Of a stretch of 64,000 nucleotides of DNA, positions 12,797 to 24,257 are shown in pieces (position 1 is the stretch's first letter; every line of letters starts with the position of its first letter). The translations under genes were made by a program, and so were the position numbers. The stretch spans positions 18,416,001 to 18,480,000 of the forward strand of contig CM075989.1 in the NCBI GenBank assembly GCA_038087875.1, given 5' to 3'. Below the pieces are notes generated by a model. That model saw only the letters and a list, made by a program, of their open reading frames with translations, did not search any database and was not told where the DNA came from. Source of the DNA: Malacoraja senta (Eukaryota).

Positions 12797-13064
12797 AGGG
12801 CCTGTCCCACTTGGGCGTTATTTGCGTGTCATTTACGCGACATCATTTACGCGTCACGCACACACGACGCGACATCATTTACGTGTCACACACGCGTCGT
12901 GACGCGCCCATGGCGTGCATTACAAGCGCATGGCGCGTGGTGAGATGTGGTGGCGTACGCAGTGACGCGCTGTCGCGCGCGGCACCCCCAGGATTTTGGG
13001 ATTCACAAAATCTTCGTGCGCCACCTGCATGACGCGCAAATGACGCCCAAGTGGGACAGGCCCT
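12797..13064. mobile_element. PIF/Harbinger-type MITE
   Basis: ~33-bp TIR; flanks TAA/TCA; inverted homolog of 18492-18701. Confidence 0.8.
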
Positions 13065-14299
13065 TCACAATACTCTGCTGTGTGCTCTATAAATTAAATT
13101 GTTGGATCTAAATGAATAATGGCGTAAACTGCTTCCAGTGCTGCTTGCACCTTTCTGCTTGCATGGTGGCGTAATGGTAGAGTTACTGCCTTACAGCGCC
13201 AGAGACCCGGGTTCAATTCCGACTACGGGTGCTGTCTGTATGGAGTTTGAACATTCTCCCCACGAACTGTGTGGGTCTCCTCCCAGATCTTCGGTTTCCT
13301 CCCACACTCCAAAGACGTGCAGGTTTGTAGGTTAATTGGCTTGGTACAAAATGTAAGAAATCATCTCCAGTGTGTGCAGGGTTGTGTTAATGTGCGGGGA
13401 TCGCTGGTCGGCGCGGACTCTTTGGGCCAAAGGGCCTGTTTCCACTAAACTAAACTAAACTAAATCTCTGAAACCTTATCCATTGACTGATGCCCTCGGC
13501 ACCAGAGAGGACATGGTTACCCTGGGCTCGATCAATAAGAGTGATTGTTACGAGGATTCAACAGCCAAGGCGATTTCTCCTATTCCTTTGTGAAGGATAC
13601 ATACTGTATATGATAATGCAGTGAGGTGCACACAAACGCAATGCCAATCGCAGTCTAATGGTATTCATCATCACTGTGAGGATCGAAATGAAGAAATTTC
13701 AATTTTAAAGAGAATTCTAAGAGGACTATCACCACGTGCAGTAAGGACACTCAATAGCAGACATTCAACCTTCAACTCATGCCGTGAGTATTGTAATTCC
13801 AGCAATCTATCAACGGAAACAAGAATAATTTCCGTCCGCACTGACTCACAATTTGATGCACAAATCAGAGAGTACGATGATTCAAATTTAGATTGAGCAT
13901 TCTGGTTATGTCAGTGTGTAAAATTCTTTTATTCTGAACGTTATTACTTCTGCCCAGTGGAAGGCCTCTCGCTGGCTGCCTGTTATATTATCTCAGTTAC
14001 AACATTGTGGTATTAGGGAGACAAGTTTCATTGTTTCCTTGTTCCTGGACAAGGCTTCTGTCAGAAATGTATGTCATTCGCGCACGGCTGTCATAGACAA
14101 CGTAATGGATCCTTCTCAATACTCAGCCCAAAAATGGGAGATTCTGCGGATTCAGGCTTTGCAGTTTCGTGGGGAACAGTCCCCAACTATTCTCGATTTT
14201 CTTTCAGAAAGTGCTGTATGACGGATTTAAGAGATTTCCACCTTTGCCTTTAAGTTCTGGAAAATCCAGAAAGCATTTCAAGTTATCTTCCCGGCCTAT

Positions 14300-14600
14300 T
14301 TTAGTTCAGTTTCGAGATACAGCACTGAAACAGGCCCTTCGACCCACCGAGTCCACACCAACCAGCGATCCCCGCACACTAACACCACCCTACACACACC
14401 AGGGACAATTTACATTTATACCAAACCAATTAACCTACAAGCCTGTACATCCTTGGAGTGTGGGAGGGAACCGAAGATCTCAGAGAAAACCCACACAGGT
14501 CATGGAGAGAACGTACAAACTCCGCACAGACAGCGCCCGTAGTCAGGATCGAACCCGGGTCTCCGGTGCTGTAAGGCAGCAACTCTACCACTGCGCCTTG
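14300..14600 (-). mobile_element. HE1-like V-SINE
   Basis: Full-length copy of the same family. Confidence 0.85.
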
Positions 14601-15414
14601 TGAAGTCAATGTGAATATTTCTTCAAATGTTCATGGCATGATTTGTTCAACAATATTTATCACTGACACAAGTTGATTAATTTTGCCATCAAATATTAAT
14701 ATTAAGCTATACTATGTAAGAACAGGCATCATTCAGATTACAAAGTCAATTTTAAACTACTAGTCTGAGAAATATCGTCTGCCCATTCTCTCCACAGATC
14801 CGCTGAGTTCCTCCAGCACTTTGTGTTTTGCTTATGATCCCAGCATCTGCAATTCCATGTGTCTCCATTGAACCACTGGATCAGCCGTATGAATATGAGC
14901 TCTTCATATTTCGATTGGGTAAGTCTGTCAGAGAAAAGGCTGCTGTTTGGCCTTTCTACTAGTTGCTGGCAGTCTGAGTCTGCAGAGTTCCCCTCGCACA
15001 TCAATAATATTGCCTTTCTGGGTGTGGAAGGATAGCAGGCAAACGCACAGTTGTTCTTGAACGCATTGCCGGGGATCCAACTTTTGTGTTGGTCGGGTTG
15101 CCCATCATAGATTCATAGGCTCAGTGGATATTATAGTGAGCTAGTTTAAAATCATCGCCACGGACAATATGTTTCATTTAGTTCCACGTGAGCGTGTGGT
15201 GTGGATGGGCAGTATTCAAGAACTCGCTCATTCAAACCTTGAGCCATATAGAATCTTGCAATAATAGAGCCATATAGCACTGAAATAGGCCGTTCAGCCC
15301 AACTTTCCCTTGCTAACCCAGATGCCCCATTTGTCTACATATTTTCCCAAATCTTCTTCTTCTTTCGTGTGGCGTGCACAGCCTAAAGTTGTTGGACAAC
15401 TTGTTCTATTTGAT

Positions 15415-16277
15415 GGTACACAAAAATGCTGGAGAAACTCAGCGGGTGCAGCAGCATCTATGGAGCGAAGGAAACAGGCAACGTTTCGGGCCGAAACCCT
15501 TCTTCAGACTGATAGGGGGTGGGGAGAAGAAAGGAAAAAAGGCGGAGGAGGAGCCCGAGGGCTGGGGGAGGGGAGGAGACAACCAGATGGCTGATGAAGG
15601 GGAGGGGACAGCAAGGGCTAGCAGAATTGGGAGAATTCAATGTTCAAGCCCCCAGGATGTAGACTGCCCAAGGTGCATTTCCTCCAATTTCCGGTGTTGC
15701 TCGCTGTGGCCATGGAGGAGACCCAGGACAGAGAGGTCAGATACGGAATGGGAGGGGGAGTTGAAGTGCTGAGCCACCGGGAGGTCAGGTTGGTTACCAA
15801 GCGGAGGCTTGCCGATCGTTTTAGCCGAACACCTCCGGTCGGTCCGCAATAACCAACCTGACCTCCCGGTGGCTCAGCACTTCAACTCCCCCTCCCATTC
15901 CGTATCTGACCTCTCTGTCCTGGGTCTCCTCCATGGCCACAGCCAGCAACACCGGAAATTGGAGGAAATGCACCTCATATTCCGCTTGGGCAGTCTACAT
16001 CCTGGGGGCTTGAACATTGAATTCTCCCAATTCTGCTAGCCCTTGCTGTCCCCTCCCCTTCATCAGCCCTCTGGTTGTCTCCTCCCCTCCCCCAGCCCTC
16101 GGGCTCCTCCTCCGCCTTTTTTCCTTTCTTCTCCCCACCCCCTATCAGTCTGAAGAAGGGTTTCGGCCCGAAACGTTGCCTGTTTCCTTCGCTCCGTAGA
16201 TGCTGCTGCACCCGCTGAGTTTCTCCAGCATTTTTGTGTACCTTCGATTTTCCAGCATCTGCAGTTCCTTCTTTAAC
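15415..16277 (+). mobile_element. Penelope-like retroelement 3' end (GIY-YIG C-terminus + pLTR) with inverted 5' duplication
   Basis: 15797-16039 encodes TKRRLADRF/AEHLRSVRNNQPDLPVAQHFNSPSH...HLIFRLGSLHPGGLNIEF, typical of PLE GIY-YIG. 15415-15796 is a near-perfect inverted copy of ~15850-16241. 16-bp TSD ACTTGTTCTATTTGAT (15399-15414, 16278-16293). Confidence 0.9.
16145..16182 (+). ncRNA. Minimal type I hammerhead motif in Penelope pLTR
   Basis: CTGAAGA-AGGG-TTTCGG-CCC-GAAACGTT: CUGAnGA and GAAA cores, short stem II, palindromic ACGU in place of stem III. Mirrored on the minus strand at ~15476-15512. Stem I is poor in this copy. Confidence 0.55.
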
Positions 16278-16316
16278 ACTTGTTCTATTTGATCTTCCGT
16301 TTGTGCACGTCGAGTT

Positions 16317-16370
16317 GATTGCATTAGTCGAAACAGGGCGGACCAGGTGAAGGTTGCAATCTTCCACCCC
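16317..16370 (-). ncRNA. Minimal HDV/CPEB3-like ribozyme fold (54 nt, copy 2)
   Basis: GGGGUGG(P1)-AA-GAUUGCA(P2)-ACC(P3)-UUCACCU(L3)-GGU-CCGCCCU(P1', G1.U wobble)-GUUUCGA-CUAA-UGCAAUC(P2'). G1 abuts the TSD. Confidence 0.8.
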
Positions 16371-16659
16371 TCCCAAATCTAAAACCTTTCCTATTCATGT
16401 ACATGTCCAAGTGTCTTATAAATGATGTTATAGTACCTGCCTCGACTACCTCTTCTGGCAACTCATTCCATATACGCACCACCCTCTGAAAAAGTTGCCC
16501 TCCAGGTCCATATCAAACCTTGCCCCTCGAGTACCTTAAACATATGTCCCCTGGTTCTTGATTCCCTTACTCTGGGTGAAAGGCTCTGTGCGTTCACCCC
16601 ATCTATTGCTCTCATATCTCAAACCACCACAGGGAACTTCATGTTGTTGCCATTCTTAC

Positions 16660-16870
16660 TCTGTCTGGGATAGACGATGGTTGGTGTGTTGAGGAAGACG
16701 TTGGAGTCTCCACGTATGGATGTCAGCTTTTGGTCTGAACTGGTGACGTCTTGTCATAGCATCTCTTCCCCTTGTTCTCGATTTTGTTCCCGAACAACAG
16801 GTTAATTTATATTGGATTAGCAAACGAAGAATTATAATTTGATCATCTAAAACAGCTCTTCTGAAGGGAT
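16660..16870 (-). other. Candidate exon (211 nt), gene unknown
   Basis: Acceptor TTTTTCTCTACTTTCAACAG, donor GTAAG, one open frame, non-repetitive sequence. The peptide is not recognised. Confidence 0.3.
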
Positions 16871-18119
16871 CTGTTGAAAGTAGAGAAAAATAACCAACAA
16901 ATAAATAGAACAACTAAAAATAAACCTTGGCTTTACCCTCATGAGTTGGAGACAATGTACCTGAGTTTAAAACCCTCATCATCATCGGCAGTCACTCCAC
17001 TAAAGTCAGCCATCATCCTCCACCTGTTCCACCGTTGAGGTCTTGGTTGAAAACCCTCAAAGCCCTGCACACTCAATAGTTTAGTTTAGTATTTTCGAGA
17101 TACAGCGCAGAAACAAGCCCTCCGGCCCACCGAGTCCACACAGACCAGGGATTCCCGCACATGAACACTATCCTACACACCCACCAGGGACAATTTTACA
17201 TTGATACATTTATATCAAACCAATTAACCTACAAACGGGAGGAAGCAGGAGAACCCGGAGAAAATCCACGTGGTCACATGGGGGAACGTACAAACTCCGT
17301 ACAGGCAGTACCCGTAGTCAGGATGGAACCCGGGTCTCTGGCGCTGTCTGGCAGTAGCTCTACCGCTGCGCCAACGCACCACCACAAGACTCACAAAGCG
17401 AACAAATTATCTCCTGTTCCTGGTGTGGCAGCTCAGTATAAATGGTGGTGGCAATCAGTGTAAAATCTGATGACAAATCTCAATAATGTTCCTATAATAT
17501 GACTGGAATGGTCGACTCCAAATACTTATCTTAAAGAAAAACTGATTTCAAATTCACAGCTTCCACTGGTGGGACTTGTACGTGGGTTCTCTGAATTATT
17601 AATCCAGTCCTTTGGATTACAATGTGATGTCTTCAAAGATGTACTACCTGGCTTCCCCTCCCAGAGAGGGAATGATACAGCATTGAGACGGGTCCCACAA
17701 GCATCTAACACCCCAGTTACATCTGAATGTTAATCTGCACACAGAACTAACCAGGAGACTGCAACATTTACTAAACTTATAATTTATAAATACAGCTTTG
17801 AAGTTACCTCATATCCCTCCCGATATTTTCCATCATAAAGGAAGGCTTTGATGTTTTTGAGTTTTCACTTTTCACTTTGGTTCAGTTCAGGGAAGTTTTA
17901 GTGTTTGGCCAAATTGAATAATTTTGTTTATTTTGAAAATATAATCCTTCAGCCGAAGGATGCATTATTTATTTATTCATCTCTTTCAGGCTCTAAGTTC
18001 AACTAAATCAAAATTACAGTGAAGCCATGGGGTGATGTAATCTGCCTCTGCACTAAGGCTGCGGTGTAAATCATCAAACTACACTCTTTTCTTGTCCTAT
18101 TGTTTGGGCAAACTGGAAA

Positions 18120-18790
18120 GAATGCAACGAAGATTTACGAGGATGTTGCCAGGACTCAGTAGCCTGAGTTATAGGGAGAGGTTGCGCAGGTCAGGACTTT
18201 GTTCCTTGTGGTAGGAAGGAGGCTGAGGGTGATCTTATAGAGGCGTATAACATCATGGGGGAAATAGACAGGGTAGATGCACAAAGTCTTTTACCCAGAG
18301 TTGGGGAATCAAGAACCAGAGGGCATACATTTAAGCTGAGAGGGGAAAGATTCAATAGGAACCTGAGGGGCAACTTGTTCACTCAGTAGGTGGTGGGTAT
18401 ATGGAACAAGTTGCTGGAGGAGGTAGTTGAGGCAGGTAATATAACAACATTTAAAAGACATTTGGGCAGGTACATGGATAGTAAAGGTTTAAGGGCCTGT
18501 CCCACTTGGGAGTCATTTGCGCATCATGCAGGTGGTGCGCGAGGATTTTGAGATTCCGAAATCCTGGGGCGACGCGCGCGACCGTGCGTCACTGCCTACG
18601 CCACCACGTCTCACCATGCGCGCGTCACGATGCGTGCGTCGTGACGCGTAAATGATGTCGCGTAAATGACGCGCAAATAATGCCCAAGTGGGACAGGCCC
18701 TTTAGAGGCATATAGGCCAAACGCGGGGAGATGCGACATCTTGGTCGGCTTGGGCAAGTTGGGCCGAAGGGCCTGTTTCTATGCTGTACA
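18120..18790 (+). mobile_element. CR1 3' fragment containing a MITE
   Basis: Homologous to other CR1 3' ends in the window. Confidence 0.8.
18492..18701. mobile_element. PIF/Harbinger-type MITE
   Basis: TSD TTA, confirmed because removing the MITE restores the CR1 sequence AAAGGT-TTA-GAGG. Confidence 0.85.
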
Positions 18791-21469
18791 ACTTATCCAT
18801 TTAAGACCTCGACACATATTTGACATGGATATTAAGACATTTAAAGAATTTTAAGACCCTGTCTGAAGAAGGGTCTCGACCCGAAACGTCACCCATTCCT
18901 TCTCTATCTGCCTGCCCCGCTGAGTTACTCCAGCTTTTTGTGTCTATCTTCAGTTTAAACCATCATCTGTAGTTCCTTCCTAGACATGGATTTTCAGGCA
19001 GGTTTTTATTCTGCCTTTCAGAACTCAAGAATAACAGTATTTACTTGTCACATGTACCGGCAATGGAAGGACAACATTCTTAGTTGCTGCAAGTTTACAG
19101 GCGCGTTAACACAATAGCACAAAAATAAATATATTACAATACATTAATAACCACAATACTAGGTAACCATAATAGTGCAAAATCCAAAGACACAGTCCAT
19201 TGAAGATGATAGTTGCTGAGGTTCATACGGTCATAAGTAATAGGAGCAGAATTAGGCCATTTGGCCCATCAGGTTTACTCCGCCATTTAATCATGGCTGA
19301 TCTGTCTCTCCCTCCTAACCCCTTTCTCCTGCCTTCTCCCCATAACACCTGACACCCGTACTAATCAAGAATTTATCTACCTCTGCTTTAAAATAATCCA
19401 TTGACGCCCTCCACAGCCTTCTATGGCAAAGAATTCCATAGATCCACCACCCCACAACAAGGTTAGCATTGTGCAGTATTCAAGAGCCTGATGGCTACCG
19501 GGAAGAAGCTGTTCTTGAGCCTGGAGGTCACAGTTCCCAGTTTTCAAGCTTGTGTTCTGTTCAAACATGTTAAGACATTGAAGCAAGCCTACTTTGAAAT
19601 CTGCCATGAAATGGGTTTAGCACCAAAAGACATGCTGCCAGTCACCATGTCCCAATGGCTTTGCTTGAGTCTATTCTCGTCTTGGTTTAACACTGGAGAA
19701 CACTCGCAATATTTCCAGCAGGTTACACAGTCCCTGGGGCCAAATCCCTCAGACTGAGCAACTTCAGCAAATCGCTTCTTCACACATTATCATGCATCCT
19801 TTGATTTCTCGCCCCGCTTCTGCTCATGCTTACACTCTTCAATTTTTATATAACCATCCATATAACTGGCCAGCGCATTCCACAAGTGTAGAGGCACAAG
19901 AGACTGCAGATGCTGGAACTGGAGCAAAACATAACTGCTGGAGGAACTCAGCGGGCCAGGCAGCATCAGTGGAAGGAATGTATGCAAATAGTCGCCACAT
20001 AAAGGGCACAGACAAAATGACAAGGTATACCGCGCGGGTCCTCCTTTATTTCCCGGCGGCGTGTCCTCCGACGCCCACGTGGCTCGTCCTCGAACGCCAA
20101 CATCCTCAACGACAGCCACACTGACCTCATCCACGATCGCCACCGGGACCCCTCCGCAGCGCCGACCCAGTCCCCAGCCCCAGCCGTAGGCTCCGTCAAC
20201 CCAGGCTCCATTGGCCGCGGGCTCCAGCTCCGACCCACGAGGCTCTGGGTCTGACTCTGACCAGCGGGGCTCTACCACCTGGCTCCTCTGCAGCCTCACG
20301 GGAGCCATCCATCTTTCTCTACCCACTAACCTCTCTGCCCACTGACTTAAGCATAGAGTCATACCACATGGAAACAGTTAGCAATGGCAGTTACTGTTCT
20401 GAACATGACTGTTTAGTTTAGTTTAGAGATACAGCATGGAAACAAGCTCTTCGGCCCAACCAGGCTCGCGTCGACCAGCGATCTCCGCACATTAACACTA
20501 TCCTACACACACTAGGGAATTTTTTTAAAAACATTTACCAAGCCAATTTACCTACAAACCTGTATGTATTTGGAGTGTGGGAGGGAACAGAAGATCTGGG
20601 AGAAAACCCACGAAGGTCACGAGGAGAACGTACAAACACTGCACAGACAGCAGTCGGGATCGAACCCGGGTCTCCTGCGCTGCAAGCGCTGTGAGGCAGC
20701 AACTCTACCGCTGCGCCACCGTGGTGGGATTTACTGTGGAAGGCAAGAAGGTGGGGTCTTCAGAGGAGATGGGATTTGGCAGACTATGATCTGCGTCCAT
20801 TATTCCCAGCCTGTGGTCTGTCCCCCACGACTTTCCAACTTGTTCTCCTTTGATCTAGTTACATTCCACATTCATTCAGAAGCAGGGTAAAAAGTTGTAA
20901 GGAAAAGTGAATTACATACATATTTTATGAACTGCGCTGAAATAGAGAAAGACGTTGGGAAAGATCTTGTGATGCATCTTATTCAGTGCCAGGTCGATAT
21001 AAGTCATATCTCACCCATTTGTTCTTGGAGCTTTCAATATTTCTCACTTGCAGATATTCAGATAAGCCCTTAATGTGCAGAACCATCGCAATTTATTCTG
21101 CAGATTTTTTAATAGAATCAAAGGAGGCTGGTTGATGTGAAAAAGAGATGTTGCTGAAATGTTTCCATCTGAGCAACTTGGCTCCAATAGCTGGAAATAT
21201 TGTAAATGTTTGCCAGTATTAAATCAAGCTGATTTAGCAAGAGCAGCCTTTGTCTTCCTCACGACGGTTTCCTACAGTAGAATGGAACTCATTAACACCT
21301 CCCATCTGCAGCATCTGTGGAGAAAAGGAACAGGTGACCCTTCTTCAGACCAAAACGTCACCTATTCTTTTTCTCCAGAGATGTTGCCTGACCCACTGAG
21401 TTACTCCAGCTTTTTGTGTTTATCTTCAGTGTAAACCAGCATCTGCAGTTCCTTCCAACACCTTCCTTA

Positions 21470-21955
21470 GAGTCATAGAGTCTTACAGCATGGAAACAGG
21501 CCCTTCAGCCCAACATGTCCCATCTACACCAGTCCCACCTGCCTACATTTGACACATATCCCTATTAATCTGTCCGATCCATGTACCTGTCTAAATGTTT
21601 CTTAAATGTTGTTATAATACCTGCCTCAATTACCTCCCCTGGCAGCTCGTTCTATACAATCTCCACCCTTAGTGTAAAGAAGTTACCCCACGGATTCCTA
21701 ATAAATCTGTTCCCCCTCACCTTAAACCTAGGTTCTCGATTCCCCATACTCTGGGCAAGTGACTCTGTGCGTCTACCCGATCTATTCCTCCCATGATTTT
21801 ATACACCTCTATAAGATCACCCCTCATCCTCCTGCGCTATTCACCAAGCAATAGAGTCCCAGCCTACTCAACCTCTCCCGGTAGCTCGGGCCCTCAGCTT
21901 CTGGCAACATCCTCATAAATCCCTCCATGCCGCCTCTGCACTCTTTCCAGCTTCC
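21470..21955 (-). mobile_element. CR1 3' fragment
   Basis: Reverse complement of the CR1 3' end. Confidence 0.8.
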
Positions 21956-23991
21956 TTCCGCAGTTGTTTATTGATATCCTGTACTTAAAGGTGGAACTTG
22001 CAATGAGGCAGTATTTCCCAAGACTTCAGAATGACCCAACACTCTTTGCAATCCACGAGGTACTTTGGAAGTGCAGTCACTGTTGCGATGTACGAAATTG
22101 GATCCTAATTTTTAAGGAGGTCCTGTTTTCGATTTCGACACACATTTGTTGATAAGGCTGTTGAACAAGTTGCCACCACACCTAACGACCAGAACAATTG
22201 CCCGCCTTCTGTGTGTAGCATGAATGCAGAAAGAAGCTTATGACCAGGCAGAAAGTTACCTCCTGCAAAGCCTGAATTTCCTTATGGCTTCCCTTCAAGA
22301 TGAACTTGCACCGCATCCCACGCTGAATCTCAGCTTGCTCTCTTGTATTTATCACATCAGCGCAACGCTTTGTATCTATGTTTTATATTTTGCAAACTAA
22401 ATTGTGCTTGTTAGATGTTGTGATAACATGAGCTTGCAGGAGACGTGGCAAAGATAACGATCAGATTATTCTTTAACGTTGAAAAGGCAACACATTTAGT
22501 CCATTGCCAAGAGTGCTGGATTGGTTTCGTCATTCTGTTAATACCTATAGTCTTAATTCAGTACAAAAAGACTGCACTGAACAACTTCATAAATAAAGCA
22601 AAACATTTCAAATGTAAAAATACCTTAAAGCTACCTCATCTGACAGAAGTGGTAAACAACACTCGAAACTTATGTTCAAGTAAGGTTTAGAAAGATTCAA
22701 CGAAATTCTTGTGTTTCCTTCACAACTAATTATTCCTAGAAGCAACGACAGATACTTGAAGAGTGGAATTATTAAATGTCACCTCAATAAACAAAAGGCC
22801 ACGACAAGTTAACGTGAGCTAACATATAATTTTGCTTCAGAGCAAAGATACAAGCAGAACAATGAGGTCCCTGTTCGAATTGCTGGCTGGTGCAGGTACC
22901 TGGGGTGGAACATTGCAATTTATCTGGTGCTTATTCTAGTCATAGTCAGAGAACTGCGTGACATGGAAACAGGCCCTTCAGCTCTCCCAGTCTATGCTGA
23001 CCAAGCACAGAATTGTGGATGCAGCCCAGACTATCGCATAAACCAACCTCCCTCCCACTGACTCCGTTTACACCTCATACTGCCTCGGCAAGGCCTCCAG
23101 CATAATCAAGGACGTCGCACTCTGGAGAAGGGGGGATTTCAATGGAACCTTTGAGGCAACATTTTCACCCAGATGGTAGAGTGCATATCTGGAAGGTACT
23201 GCCAGAGGAGGCTTTAGATGCAGATACATTTATGACTTTTACAAGACATTTGAGTGAATAGGAAGAGTTTAGAAGGCTAATCCTTAATGGTCCTGAGTAT
23301 GAGAAGGAAAAATTCAGGATGGATTCCCGTTCTTGTCCACTGATTACCCAATGATTCATGCACTACTTTCTCAGGAGTCTGAGGAAATTCAGCATGCCTC
23401 TCCCATCCAGACCAGCTTCCACAGGTGCACATTAGAATCGCAGCTTGGTTTGGGAACAGCTCTGCCCAATTACACAGAGTTTTAGACATAGCCCAGTCCA
23501 TCACACAGTCTCCCCACCGTCGACTCCATCTACACTTCACGGCGCCTTGGGACAGCGGCCAACTTAATCACGGACCTCTCCCACCCTGGCCATTCCTTCT
23601 TCTCCCCACTCCTGTCGGGCAGAAGGCACAGAAGCTTGAAAGCACACACAACCAGATTCAGAAACAGCTTCTTCCTTTCTGTTAATATGCTTCTGAACGG
23701 TCCTTCAATAAGTAGGGTATAGTCCAGATTGTCAAATCTACCTCATTGTGGACATTGGACTTTTTATCTGGAACTATTACACTACAATAGTTAGTTTAGT
23801 TTAGAGATACAGTTGAGAAACAGGCCCTTCGGCCCACCGAGTCCGCGCCGACCAGTGATCCCCGCACAGTAACACTATCCTACACACACTGGGGCCAATT
23901 TACAATTTTACTGAAGCCAATTAACCTACAAAACCTGTTGGTCTTTGGAGTGTGGGAATGAAACTGGAGCTCCCAGAGAAAACCCATGCAG

Positions 23992-24257
23992 GTCGCCGAA
24001 AATTTCCAACATGTTGAAAATCCAGCGGCAACCAGAAAAAGGTACGACTCTTTGGGCGACTACTCACGACCATACAGGCGCCACCCCGCCACTTGTCGAC
24101 ACGTGACGCCTGTATGGTCGTGAGTAGTCGCCCAAAGAGTCGTACCTTTGTCTGGTCGCCGCTGGATTTTCAACATGTTGGACATTTTCAGCGACCTGCT
24201 GCGACTATGACGGGTGCCGGCAGTCGCCGAAAAAATGGCGTACGTGGGACAGGCCCA
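23992..24257. mobile_element. Truncated MITE with long internal palindrome
   Basis: Right TIR GTGGGACAGGCCCA; ~70-bp inverted arms over 24005-24182. Confidence 0.7.

Larger units (their letters stand above)
15355..16370 (-). mobile_element. Same HDV-headed short retroposon, copy 2, interrupted by a Penelope insertion
   Basis: 10-bp TSD TCCCAAATCT (15345-15354, 16371-16380). The halves 15355-15414 and 16294-16370 join to reproduce the 11642-11783 element. Inserted in a CR1 3' fragment. Confidence 0.85.
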
